A DNA stretch of 61,253 nucleotides, filler included. It is 5 parts of 5 records of this genome, joined end to end, with 100 filler letters (N's around TTAATTAATTAA, not from the genome) between each part and the next. Parts side by side here need not be neighbours in the genome. Positions count along the whole stretch, not along the records: positions 35,541 to 41,421 come from DRR723986_6713; positions 41,522 to 52,572 come from DRR723986_6717; 3 more parts are not named here. One strand, written 5' to 3'. Positions 38,359 to 47,978 of the stretch are shown here, in pieces. The translations under genes were made by a program, and so were the position numbers. The first letter of the stretch is position 1. The number at the start of each line of letters is the position of its first letter. The notes below the pieces were generated by a model that saw only the letters and a program-made list of their open reading frames with translations, was not told where the DNA came from and made no database searches.

Positions 38359-39276
38359 ATGGGCGAGATCACAAATTTCCGCGGCGAGGCCACGCCCAGC
38401 GAGGCCAAATCTTTGGCCGATCACGCCGTTGATACATTAATCTTGCGCGTGGGCGACAGGGTGCGCAAAGCGCGCGAGCGTAAGGGCATTCCGCGCCGCG
38501 TGCTGTCGGAAATATCGGGGGTTTCCCCGCGCTATCTGGCCCAGCTCGAGGCGGGCGAGGGCAATATCTCGATCGGGTTGCTGCAGCGCGTGGCCATCGC
38601 GCTGGATCATCGCATTGAATGGCTGATGATCGAAGATGATCCGTGGCATTCCGAGGCGCATTACATCGCCGATCTATACCAAAACGCCAATTCCGAGACG
38701 CGCGCGCAGGTAAAGGCGCTGCTGCAACCCGTATCTGACGAAGAAATGCGCGCCCGGCGTATTTGCCTGATTGGGCTGCGCGGCGCGGGCAAATCGACCC
38801 TGGGCCAAAGGGCCAGCGCGGAACTGGGCATGCCGTTTTTGGAATTGAACCAAGAGATCGAAGAACAAAGCGGCATGCCAGTCACCGAGGTGATGGCGCT
38901 TTATGGTCAAGAGGGCTATCGCAAGCTAGAGGCGCAGGCCCTGGGGCGGGTGATCCAAACCCACGAGCAGGTGATTTTGGCGGTTGCAGGGGGCATCGTA
39001 TCGTCGCCCGATACCTATGCCACGCTGCTGTCGCGGTTCCACACCATCTGGGTAAAGGCGCAGCCCGACGAACACATGAACCGCGTGCGCGCGCAGGGCG
39101 ATACACGGCCCATGGCCGGCAACCCCGAGGCGATGAAAGAGCTGAAATCGATCCTGACCAGCCGCGAGGCGCTCTACGAACGCGCCCAGCACAGTTTGGA
39201 TACATCGGGCAAATCCCTTGCCCAGTCGCAGGCAGAATTGGTGGATCTTCTGCATGCAAACGGGCTGTGCGATTAG
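38359..39276 (+). CDS. boxR: BoxR/BzdR-type regulator (XRE HTH plus shikimate-kinase-like benzoyl-CoA sensor)
   Basis: SGVSPRYLAQLEAGEGNIS, LIGLRGAGKST, RVRAQGD.RPM. Confidence 0.88.
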   Translation: MGEITNFRGEATPSEAKSLADHAVDTLILRVGDRVRKARERKGIPRRVLSEISGVSPRYLAQLEAGEGNISIGLLQRVAIALDHRIEWLMIEDDPWHSEAHYIADLYQNANSETRAQVKALLQPVSDEEMRARRICLIGLRGAGKSTLGQRASAELGMPFLELNQEIEEQSGMPVTEVMALYGQEGYRKLEAQALGRVIQTHEQVILAVAGGIVSSPDTYATLLSRFHTIWVKAQPDEHMNRVRAQGDTRPMAGNPEAMKELKSILTSREALYERAQHSLDTSGKSLAQSQAELVDLLHANGLCD

Positions 39277-39279
39277 GCT

Positions 39280-40509
39280 TTGGTGCTGCATCTGCCCCCC
39301 ATCGCGCGGCCCGATGCGGGCGCTGCAAATCCCCCCGCTTTGGCAGGCGATACGGCCCTTGCGCCGCTAAACGTGGCGCTTATGGGCGGGGCGGGCCTGG
39401 GCCTGTCTTTGGCGATGGGCCTGGCCGGCGCGGGCCATGGTGTGCTGTGTTTTGAAGAGGATGCCGGCAGCCTAGAGCGGGCCGTGTTTTACTTTTCCCG
39501 GCTGGAGTGCCCCGAAGGCCTGCGCGAAAGGGTGCGGTTTTCGGGCGATCGCGCCGATCTTGGCAAATGCGCTGTGCTGCTAGATCTCGCCATGGGCAGT
39601 TTGGCGGAAAAAACCGCGCTTTGGGCGCCGCTTTGGCCGCATGTGCCGCAGGGCGCTACGCTGGCATTGCCGCTGGCGGGGCCGGATTTGGCGCAGATTG
39701 CGGCCAAGGCCAAGGGCGCGGTGCACGCCGTGTTGGGGCTGCTGGTGGCAACGCCTGTCATCGTGGGGGGCGTGGCAGAAATTGCCGTGCCCCAAGGCCT
39801 GCCCGCCGCTGCACCCGGCCCGCTGATGGCGCTGGTGCAGGGCGCAGGGCTAAGCCCGCTGTTGGCGGGCCGCAGCGCCGCTTTTGCCAGTGAAACCCTG
39901 CTTCTTACCTATCTGGCCGGGCTAGACCGGCTGCTGATGCAGGGCGCCACCCCATGGGAGGTAGACGAGGCCGCAGAATGGTTTGGCTGTGCCATGGGCC
40001 CGTTCGAGGCCCAAGATCTGATCGGCACCGATCTGGCCTATCACATGCGCCAACGCCTGGCAGGGCAGGTGCCGGGCGGGCCGGTGGCCGCCCCCATTGC
40101 GGATCGTGCGGTAGAAGAGGGGCGGTTGGGTAAAAAAGCCGGGGTGGGGTGGTATCGTTACCCCGGTGGCGGTGGCAAGGTGATCGACCCGCTGGTTGAA
40201 GACCTGTGCCGCGAAGAGGCGCATTTTGCCCGCGTGCCCCCGCGCGACTGGCCGCAAGAGGCGATCATTGAAACCCTGTTTTTAACCCAGCTTTTGGCGC
40301 TGGCGCGGGTGCGCGCCCTTGGTGGGGGGTGGGATGGGCCTGCCCTGGCGCTATTGGCGGAACGGGTGCTGGGCTTTCCGCCGGGGGTGGGGGGGCCGCT
40401 GGGCTATGCGCGCGCGGTTGGCTGGCCCCAGGTTATGGCCGCCCTTGGCGCCCGGTCGCAAGACGCGCCCGGATTTTGGGCGGCATATCGCGCGCTGGCC
40501 TCAACCTAG
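39280..40509 (+). CDS. Divergent 3-hydroxyacyl-CoA dehydrogenase-like protein
   Basis: GATPWEVDEA, MGPFEAQDLIG, GRLGKKAGVGWYRY; degenerate Rossmann N-terminus; start uncertain. Confidence 0.7.
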   Translation: MVLHLPPIARPDAGAANPPALAGDTALAPLNVALMGGAGLGLSLAMGLAGAGHGVLCFEEDAGSLERAVFYFSRLECPEGLRERVRFSGDRADLGKCAVLLDLAMGSLAEKTALWAPLWPHVPQGATLALPLAGPDLAQIAAKAKGAVHAVLGLLVATPVIVGGVAEIAVPQGLPAAAPGPLMALVQGAGLSPLLAGRSAAFASETLLLTYLAGLDRLLMQGATPWEVDEAAEWFGCAMGPFEAQDLIGTDLAYHMRQRLAGQVPGGPVAAPIADRAVEEGRLGKKAGVGWYRYPGGGGKVIDPLVEDLCREEAHFARVPPRDWPQEAIIETLFLTQLLALARVRALGGGWDGPALALLAERVLGFPPGVGGPLGYARAVGWPQVMAALGARSQDAPGFWAAYRALAST

Positions 40510-40725
40510 CGCAGATAAAACCTTTTGCTTTTCATCTTTTCCCAGTTTGGCTAGGGTTTGACCGTCTGCAAAAGATCTCGCAGTGCCCGGTGGGCTGGGG
40601 CAAAGGCCAGCTGTCCGGCGCTATAGCCCGGCACTATGGCCCGGCGCTGTGGCCCGGCACCATGCGCTGCAAGTTGTATTTTATTACGCGGTTCCCTTAG
40701 GCGTTTTTCTAGGGGCGGGGTTGTG

Positions 40726-41421
40726 ATGATGGGTAATGTGTTTGCACAAGGGCCAGATGCGTTTGTGCTGTTTCTAAGTGTTTCGGCCTTGGCGGCGCTG
40801 ATCAGCCTTGCGCTGGTGGTGATCACGCCCATCTGGCCCCGGTTGGCCGGGCAAGCGGGGCATTTAACCTCGGTTCAAGCAGCCCACAGCCGCGTCACCC
40901 CCCGGGTGGGCGGGGTGGCCATTTTTGCCACGCTTTGCGCCAGTATGGCCCTGGCCCCATGGGGTATTTCCGAACGTTTAAGCCTGTTTTTAATCGGGGC
41001 GGCGGTGCTGTTCTTTGTGGGGCTGGCCGAGGATCTGGGCGCAGGCATTTCCCCCCTAAAGCGCCTTTTTGCTGCGATGCTTGCCAGCCTCGTGGTGATC
41101 TTATTGTTGGGCATTTGGCTGCCGCGCATAGATTTTGCCCCCGTAGATCGGGCATTGGCCCTGTGGTATGTGGGCGTGCCGCTGACATTGCTGATCACCG
41201 CAGGCGTGGCCAATGGGTTTAACTTGATCGACGGGGTGAATGGGCTGTCAGCTTTTACCGGCCTTTGCGCGGTTTTTGCCCTGGCCCTTATCGCGGGGCA
41301 GGGCGGGGCACCGACGCTGCAAATGATGGCTTTGGTTTTGGCGGCGGCTATTTGCGGGTTTTTGCTGCTGAATTACCCATTTGGCCTGATATTTTTGGGC
41401 GATGCGGGGGCCTATACGCTG
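40726..41421 (+). CDS. MraY/WecA-family polyprenyl-phosphate HexNAc-1-P transferase, truncated
   Basis: TPRVGG, GLAED, NGFNLIDGVNGL, IFLGDAGAY. Confidence 0.88.
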
Positions 41422-41521
41422 NNNNNNNNNNNNNNNNNNNNNNNNNNNNNNNNNNNNNNNNNNNNTTAATTAATTAANNNNNNNNNNNNNNNNNNNNNNN
41501 NNNNNNNNNNNNNNNNNNNNN
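41422..41521. other. Artificial contig spacer
   Basis: N44-TTAATTAATTAA-N44. Confidence 0.98.
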
Positions 41522-41522
41522 T

Positions 41523-42251
41523 GCCTATGACAAGGGCCGCCTGATGGGCACCTTTGCCGAAGATTGCGCCGAGGCATTCCAGTTCACGCGTGAAACCCAG
41601 GACGAATATGCGCTTGCCTCGTTGTCCCGCGCGCTGGAAGCTCAGGAAAGCGGCGCGTTTGAGCATGAGATCGCCCCGCTTGAGGTCCGCTCGCGCAAGG
41701 GCAGCACCACCTTTACAGCCGATGAACAACCGGCCAGCGCCCGCCCCGAAAAAATCCCGCAACTCAAACCCGCCTTCCGCGAGGGCGGCACGGTCACTGC
41801 GGCCAACTCATCGTCAATCTCGGACGGCGCGGCCGCGCTGATTGTGGCCTCCGAAGAGGCGGCTGAGGCGCAAGGGCTGACGATCCGTGCCCGTATCATG
41901 GGCCACGCCAGCCACGCCCAGGCGCCGGGCCTCTTCACCACGGCACCGGTGCCGGCCGCACAAAAACTGCTGGACCGCATTGGTTGGTCAAAGGAAGACG
42001 TTGACCTGTGGGAAGTGAACGAAGCCTTTGCCGTGGTGCCTCTGGCCTTCATGCATGAAATGGGCCTCAGCCATGACATCGTGAACGTCAATGGCGGCGC
42101 ATGTGCCCTGGGCCACCCCATCGGCGCCTCTGGTGCGCGGATTATGGTCACACTGCTCAACGCTCTGGAAAAACGCAATCTCAAGCGGGGCATCGCGGCC
42201 ATCTGCATCGGCGGCGGCGAAGGCACTGCCATTGCAATCGAACGGGTCTGA
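41523..42251 (+). CDS. Acetyl-CoA C-acyltransferase (thiolase), 5'-truncated
   Basis: EVNEAF, GHPIGASG, CIGGGEG. Confidence 0.93.
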   Translation, partial: AYDKGRLMGTFAEDCAEAFQFTRETQDEYALASLSRALEAQESGAFEHEIAPLEVRSRKGSTTFTADEQPASARPEKIPQLKPAFREGGTVTAANSSSISDGAAALIVASEEAAEAQGLTIRARIMGHASHAQAPGLFTTAPVPAAQKLLDRIGWSKEDVDLWEVNEAFAVVPLAFMHEMGLSHDIVNVNGGACALGHPIGASGARIMVTLLNALEKRNLKRGIAAICIGGGEGTAIAIERV

Positions 42252-42254
42252 CCC

Positions 42255-42303
42255 CTTTTTGGCCTAAAATACTCACGGGGGTCCGGGGGCAGTCAGCCCC
42301 CGG
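42255..42303. repeat. Possible Rhodobacteraceae intergenic REP-like repeat with hairpin
   Basis: TTTGGCCTAAAATACTC followed by CCGGGGGC-agtca-GCCCCCGG. The family assignment is from memory. Confidence 0.45.
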
Positions 42304-42326
42304 TCGCCGTTTCAAGGGCACACATC

Positions 42327-42785
42327 ATGACAGTTGACTACCCCACCCTTGCCAAAACCCTTGCTGCCCTGACCGAGGGAGAAACAGACGCGGTCGCACT
42401 GATGGCGACCGTGGCCTGCGAGGTGCATCATGCAGATGACCGCTTTGACTGGACCGGCTTTTACCGCGTCACAGGTCCAGAAATGCTCAAGATCGGGCCG
42501 TATCAAGGCGGCCACGGATGCCTGATGATCCCGTTCTCGCGCGGGGTCTGCGGCGCGGCGGCGCGGGAACAGGCGGTGCAACTGGTCGCGGATGTGGATG
42601 CTTTCCCTGGCCACATCGCCTGCGCCTCTTCCACCCGGTCTGAACTTGTTTTGCCGGTGTTTGATGGCAAAGGCCGCCTGATCGCGGTGTTTGATATCGA
42701 CAGCGACCAACCCGCGGCGTTTACGGACGGGGATGCAGAGGCCCTGACAAGGATCCTCAGCGCAGTTTTTGCGCGGGCAGAGTAA
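42327..42785 (+). CDS. GAF-domain protein (free Met-R-sulfoxide reductase-like)
   Basis: WTGFY, GPYQG, GVCG, HIAC, SELVLP, DIDS. Confidence 0.85.
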   Translation: MTVDYPTLAKTLAALTEGETDAVALMATVACEVHHADDRFDWTGFYRVTGPEMLKIGPYQGGHGCLMIPFSRGVCGAAAREQAVQLVADVDAFPGHIACASSTRSELVLPVFDGKGRLIAVFDIDSDQPAAFTDGDAEALTRILSAVFARAE

Positions 42786-42788
42786 TCG

Positions 42789-42854
42789 CGTGAAATAAAT
42801 CTGGATTTTTTCACGCGACTCAGGCATCGTGAAATTTGAGTTAGAATTTTCACG
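42789..42854. promoter_or_regulatory. Two tandem palindromic operators CGTGAAA-N13-TTTCACG
   Basis: 42789-42815 and 42828-42854, immediately before the XRE regulator ATG. Confidence 0.75.
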
Positions 42855-42862
42855 GACCTGAC

Positions 42863-43435
42863 ATGCAACACAGCACCCCGGACAGACCAGACACTTTGGG
42901 CGCCGATCTGCGGGCCCTGCGCAAAAGCCGGGGCTTGACGCTGACCGATATGGCCGATGCGCTGGGCCGGTCCGTCGGCTGGCTCAGCCAGGTTGAACGG
43001 GACATCTCAGAGCCTTCCATCACCGATCTGCGTCATATCGCGGCGGCGCTGGATGTTTCCGTGTCCATGCTGTTCCGCCACGAGGCCGCCCCTGCCCATG
43101 AGGCAGGCTTTGTCGTGCGCAAAGATGCCCGCCGGACCATTGGTGCCTACACCGCCGGATTGGTTGAAGAGCTGCTTTCCCCCGATCTGACAGATGATTT
43201 CGAGATGGTGCATTCCACCTTTCAGCCGCACAGCCGCATCACCGAAGAGGTCACCCGCCAGACGCAGGAAGTGGGCTATCTGCTGTCCGGTAAGCTGGAG
43301 ATCGAAATCAACGGCATCACCCATCTGATCCACCCCGGCGACAGTTTCCGCATCCGGGGCGAGCCGTTTCGTTGGGCCAACCCTTTTGATGCCCCTGCGG
43401 TGGCGATCTGGGTTATCGCCCCGCCGGAGTATTGA
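42863..43435 (+). CDS. XRE-family HTH plus cupin regulator
   Basis: LRKSRGLTL, SVGWLSQVER, PGDSF, C-terminal PP.Y. Confidence 0.9.
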   Translation: MQHSTPDRPDTLGADLRALRKSRGLTLTDMADALGRSVGWLSQVERDISEPSITDLRHIAAALDVSVSMLFRHEAAPAHEAGFVVRKDARRTIGAYTAGLVEELLSPDLTDDFEMVHSTFQPHSRITEEVTRQTQEVGYLLSGKLEIEINGITHLIHPGDSFRIRGEPFRWANPFDAPAVAIWVIAPPEY

Positions 43436-43438
43436 TGC

Positions 43439-44059
43439 ATGAGCTTTGAGGCCTGGATCGTCTTTGCGCTGTTCTGGTTGGTTTTTGTCACCACGCCGGG
43501 GCCAAACGCCGTCAACTGCATCAGCAACGGCATGACCCTTGGATTCCGCCGCAGCCTGATTGGCGTGCTGGCGATCCTCACTCAGGCCACGTTGTTTCTG
43601 GTCTTGTCCGCGCTGGGTGTGACCGCTCTGATCACGGCATCGCCATTGGCCTTTACGGCGGCCAAACTGATTGGCGCCGGCTTTCTGATCTACCTCGGTG
43701 TGCGTGGTTGGTTGAACGCCAACAAGCCGGTGCCAGAGGTCACGCGGCCTGCGCGGTCCATCTATTTGCGGGCCTTCGCCATCGCCACGATCAATCCCAA
43801 AAGTGTGGCAGGATACCTCGCGGCATTTTCGCAATTTGTGCAACCGGGCGTGCCGATCTGGGATCAGATGGTTGTGATCATGCCAACCGCGTTGAGCATC
43901 ACCGCCCTGAGCTACATCAGCTTTACCGCGCTAGGCGCCGGGCTGGGAAGGGCGGCGTTGGGGGCGGTGTTCAACGTCTGGGTGCGCCGGGTCATGGCCG
44001 TTTGTTTTATTATCTACGGCACCCTTTTGGGCAGTGCCGCCACACCGGGGAGGGCGTGA
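43439..44059 (+). CDS. LysE/RhtB-family translocator
   Basis: TPGP, KLIGAGFLIYLG, NPK. Confidence 0.9.
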   Translation: MSFEAWIVFALFWLVFVTTPGPNAVNCISNGMTLGFRRSLIGVLAILTQATLFLVLSALGVTALITASPLAFTAAKLIGAGFLIYLGVRGWLNANKPVPEVTRPARSIYLRAFAIATINPKSVAGYLAAFSQFVQPGVPIWDQMVVIMPTALSITALSYISFTALGAGLGRAALGAVFNVWVRRVMAVCFIIYGTLLGSAATPGRA

Positions 44060-44451
44060 TGCAAGATCAGAACGATGTTTTAAAGGGCAGCTGCAACTGC
44101 GGCGCGGTCACCTTCACCGTGCATGGCGGCGGGCAAAGCGTGTCGGCCTGCCACTGCGGACAATGCCGCAAACAATCGGGCAACTATTGGGCCTCGGGAT
44201 ATGCGCCCCGGTCAAATTTCGACATCACAGGCGAGGTGCGTTGGTTCGACCTGACCGAGACCGCAACGCGCGGCTTCTGCCCCGCCTGCGGCTGTTTCCT
44301 GTTCTGGAAAGCACATGACGAAGACGGGATGAGCTTTTCACTGGGTGCCATTGACGGCCCGACCGGGCTGTCCCTGCAAAAACACATCTTTGTCGCGGAC
44401 AAGGGTGATTATTACGAGATCGCGGACGGCGTGCCGCAAAGGGAGCAATAA
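44059..44451 (+). CDS. GFA/CENP-V family protein
   Basis: GSCNCG, CHCGQCRK, RGFCPACG. Confidence 0.88.
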   Translation: MQDQNDVLKGSCNCGAVTFTVHGGGQSVSACHCGQCRKQSGNYWASGYAPRSNFDITGEVRWFDLTETATRGFCPACGCFLFWKAHDEDGMSFSLGAIDGPTGLSLQKHIFVADKGDYYEIADGVPQREQ

Positions 44452-44453
44452 AG

Positions 44454-46901
44454 ATGAGCAACTTTCCATCAACGGCCCGTGTGGTCATCATCGGCGGCGG
44501 CGTTGTCGGCGTGTCGTCTCTGTATCATTTGGCCAAGGCAGGCTGGACCGATTGTGTGCTGCTGGAAAAGAACGAGCTGACGGCAGGCTCTACGTGGCAT
44601 GCGGCGGGCAACTGCCCGAACTTTTCGACCTCTTGGGCGGTTATGAACATGCAGCGCTATTCGCTGGGTCTTTATGCGGGTCTCGAAAAAGAAGTCGATT
44701 ATCCGATGAATTACCATGTCACCGGCTCCATCCGGCTGGCGCACAGCAAAGAGCGGATGCAGGAATTTGAACGCGCCCGGTCGATGGGCAACTATCAGGG
44801 TCTCGACCTTGAGATGATGGCCGTTTCGGACATGAAAGACCGCTATCCATTTATGGAAACCCACGATCTTGAAGGCGGTCTGTGGGATCCAGCGGACGGC
44901 GATATTGACCCGGCGCAGCTGACCCAGGCTTTGGCCAAAGGGTCACGGGAAATGGGTGCACGGATCGAACGGTTCTGCCCTGCGACCGGCGTAACCCGCG
45001 ACGGCGCTGAATGGATTGTGCATACCGACAAGGGCGATATCCGCTGTGAATACGTGGTGAATGCTGCGGGCTATTATGCACAACGTGTTGCGGAGTGGTT
45101 CAAGCCTTACGGCGGGCGCACCCTGCCGATGACGGTGATGAGCCACCAGTATTTCCTGACCGAAGAGATCCCGGAACTGGCCGCATGGACCAAAGAGAAC
45201 GGTCGCAAGGTGCCGCTGCTGCGGGATGTGGATACGTCCTATTATCTGCGTCAGGACAAGAACGGTCTCAATCTCGGCCCCTACGAGCGGAACTGTAAGG
45301 CCCATTGGGTCACGCCCCAAGACCCGATGCCCGAAGATTTCTCATTCCAGCTTTATCCCGACGATCTGGAGCGTCTCGAATGGTACATCGAAGACGCCAT
45401 GGCGCGGGTGCCAATGCTGGGCACCTCCGGTGTGGGGCGCGTGATCAACGGGCCGATCCCCTATGCGCCAGACGGCTTGCCATTGATCGGGCCGATGCCG
45501 GGCGTGCCAAATGCGTTTGAGGCCTGCGTGTTCACCTTTGGCATCACCCAAGGTGGCGGCGCGGGCAAGGTGCTCGCTGAATGGATCACCGAAGGACAGA
45601 CGGAATGGGACATGTGGGCGGTCGATCCACGCCGCTACACCGACTACACCGATCAGGACTACTGCGATCAAAAAGCGATGGAAACCTATGGCCACGAATA
45701 TGCCATGCATTTCCCGCACCATGTCTGGCCTGCGGGACGGGATCGCAAGCTGTCTCCGGTCCATGACAAAATCCTCGCGGCAGGCGGCCAGATGGGCACT
45801 TTCAACGGCTGGGAGCGCGCCAACTGGTTTGCCAAACCGGGTGATGACACCTCCGAGGAAAGCACCCAAACATGGGATCGCAACGGCCCATGGGCGCTGC
45901 GCGTCAAAGAAGAGGTCGAGGCCGTGCGCGATGGCGTCGGCGTCTTAGACCTGCCGGGCTTTTCCCGGTTTAACCTCTCGGGTGAGGGTGCTGCCGAATG
46001 GCTGCGCGGGCGGATCACCGGCGGATTGCCCAAAGTGGGGCGGATGAACCTGGCCTACTTTGGTGACAATCGCGGGCGCATCCTGACCGAAATGTCGATC
46101 CTCCGGCACGGCGAGGATCACTTTACCCTGATCACTGCCGCCACTGCGCAATGGCATGACTTTGACGTGCTGCGCCCGGCGCGGGATGCGGGGTTGACCC
46201 TGACGGATCACACCACCGAATACTCAACACTGATCGTCACCGGCCCGCAAAGCCGTGCGCTGTTTGAAGCGTTGGAGACCAAGGCGGACCTGTCCTTGGG
46301 TTGGTTGACCCATCAAGCGGCCGAAGTGGCTGGCACGCCATGCGCATTGGCGCGGGTCAGTTTTGCCGGTGAACTGGGCTGGGAAATTCACGCCGCCAAC
46401 GCCGATATTCCCGCGCTTTATGATGCGGTGATCGGCGCAGGTGCGAAACCCTTTGGCATGTTCGCGTTGAATTCCATGCGGATCGAAAAAGGCTACCGCG
46501 CCTGGAAGGGCGATTTGTCCACCGATTATTCCCTGCTCGAAGGGGGGCTTGACCGCTTTGTCAAACTCGACAAACCGCAGGATTTCCCCGGCAAGGCCGC
46601 GATGCAGCTGGAAAAGCAGGCAGGCAGCAAGAAGCGCTTTGTGATCATGACCGTTGATGCGGGCGATCAGGACGCGCCCTATATGTCGACTGTCTGGCAT
46701 GATGGCGCGGTTGTGGGCGAGACCACATCAGGCGATTGGGGCTACCGCGTGAACAGTTCTGTCGCGCTGGGTATGTTGCGGGCCGATCTGGCGGTGCCGG
46801 GCACAGAGGTCGAGATCGATATTTTCGGCAAAATGTGCAAAGCGACCGTGCAACCAGATCAGCCGCTTTGGGATCCACAAAACGAACGTATCCGGGCCTG
46901 A
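44454..46901 (+). CDS. GcvT-family FAD/folate amine dehydrogenase (dimethylglycine dehydrogenase-like)
   Basis: GGGVVG, GSTWHAAG, INGP..Y.PDG, GWER, SFAGELGWE, RIEKGY. Confidence 0.9.
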   Translation: MSNFPSTARVVIIGGGVVGVSSLYHLAKAGWTDCVLLEKNELTAGSTWHAAGNCPNFSTSWAVMNMQRYSLGLYAGLEKEVDYPMNYHVTGSIRLAHSKERMQEFERARSMGNYQGLDLEMMAVSDMKDRYPFMETHDLEGGLWDPADGDIDPAQLTQALAKGSREMGARIERFCPATGVTRDGAEWIVHTDKGDIRCEYVVNAAGYYAQRVAEWFKPYGGRTLPMTVMSHQYFLTEEIPELAAWTKENGRKVPLLRDVDTSYYLRQDKNGLNLGPYERNCKAHWVTPQDPMPEDFSFQLYPDDLERLEWYIEDAMARVPMLGTSGVGRVINGPIPYAPDGLPLIGPMPGVPNAFEACVFTFGITQGGGAGKVLAEWITEGQTEWDMWAVDPRRYTDYTDQDYCDQKAMETYGHEYAMHFPHHVWPAGRDRKLSPVHDKILAAGGQMGTFNGWERANWFAKPGDDTSEESTQTWDRNGPWALRVKEEVEAVRDGVGVLDLPGFSRFNLSGEGAAEWLRGRITGGLPKVGRMNLAYFGDNRGRILTEMSILRHGEDHFTLITAATAQWHDFDVLRPARDAGLTLTDHTTEYSTLIVTGPQSRALFEALETKADLSLGWLTHQAAEVAGTPCALARVSFAGELGWEIHAANADIPALYDAVIGAGAKPFGMFALNSMRIEKGYRAWKGDLSTDYSLLEGGLDRFVKLDKPQDFPGKAAMQLEKQAGSKKRFVIMTVDAGDQDAPYMSTVWHDGAVVGETTSGDWGYRVNSSVALGMLRADLAVPGTEVEIDIFGKMCKATVQPDQPLWDPQNERIRA

Positions 46902-46904
46902 TCC

Positions 46905-47903
46905 ATGGCACGCGGGTCCAGCCTCCTTGCCCGAGAAGCGCCCCGTCAGGGGCGCTTTGACATCATTGTCGAGGATGGCTTTGTCCTCACGGAACTGGCT
47001 GCGGTTGTGGATGTTTTGCGCATCACCAACCGCGTCTGCCAGCAAGAGGTGTTTGGCTGGCGCTTTCGGTCGGTTTCGGGCGGTGCCAAGCGGGACAGTG
47101 TGGGCGTGAGCGTGGACACCGCCCCATTGGCCGAGCGCCCTTCGGTGGATTATGCGGTCATGCTGGGCAATGCCGATGCGGGCGCGATGGCCGGTCCGCT
47201 CCGCCGGGTATTGTCCGCCTATGGGGCGCGGGGTGCCCGGTTGTTCCTGCTGGCGGAGGCCGCAAGTCACTACATTCGCAGCCACAACAAGGGCGCGGTT
47301 CACACCACCCATTGGGAAAACCGGCTGGCCCAGTCCGAAGAGGTGGACGCGAGCGATTGGGGGGCAGAACTGGCCCGTGACCACGACGGCATCACCACCT
47401 GCGCCGGCATGGGGGCCACTGTGGATCTCATGCTTTCGGTTGTGGCGGGCCATGTTTCACAGGCCGCGATGATGAATGTCAGTGACATTCTGTTGCATCA
47501 CCATGTCCGCGATATGCGCACGCCGCAGCCCTTCGGCAGTGACCAATCGTCTGCTTTGGGCGATCCTGATCTGGATGCCTGCATCGCATTGATGAAAGCC
47601 AACCTCGAAGAGCCGCTGCCGATACAAGACCTTTGCCGTCTGCTGAACGTATCAAACCGGTCGCTTGAACGAAAATTCAGCCGCTACCTTGGTCTGACAC
47701 CCAACAGCTACTATCGCGAGCTGCGGCTCAACAAAGCGTCCGCGCTTTTGCTCAACACCTCTCTCAGTATCCGAGAAGTCGGACTGGCTTGCGGGTTCTC
47801 CAGCAGTTTCGCGCCGCTGTTCAAGGCTGTGTTCGGCTGTACCCCAGCAGAGGCCCGCCGCCGCAAACGTCCAACCCCCGCAATTGCGCATTCCGCCGGA
47901 TAG
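46905..47903 (+). CDS. GlxA/GbdR-like AraC regulator (DJ-1 plus HTH)
   Basis: TTHWEN, NLEEPL, SNRSLERKF, GLACGF. Confidence 0.85.
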   Translation: MARGSSLLAREAPRQGRFDIIVEDGFVLTELAAVVDVLRITNRVCQQEVFGWRFRSVSGGAKRDSVGVSVDTAPLAERPSVDYAVMLGNADAGAMAGPLRRVLSAYGARGARLFLLAEAASHYIRSHNKGAVHTTHWENRLAQSEEVDASDWGAELARDHDGITTCAGMGATVDLMLSVVAGHVSQAAMMNVSDILLHHHVRDMRTPQPFGSDQSSALGDPDLDACIALMKANLEEPLPIQDLCRLLNVSNRSLERKFSRYLGLTPNSYYRELRLNKASALLLNTSLSIREVGLACGFSSSFAPLFKAVFGCTPAEARRRKRPTPAIAHSAG

Positions 47904-47978
47904 CCGCCGTTTTTAACATGACCAGCGCGCCTGTTTCGCGCCATGATCGCCCAACATCAAACCCAAAAGGTGCCCACC

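Noticed and set aside
40726-41421. WecA-like gene as the missing initiator for the pilin glycan island
   Set aside because: It is on a different contig, apparently from a different organism
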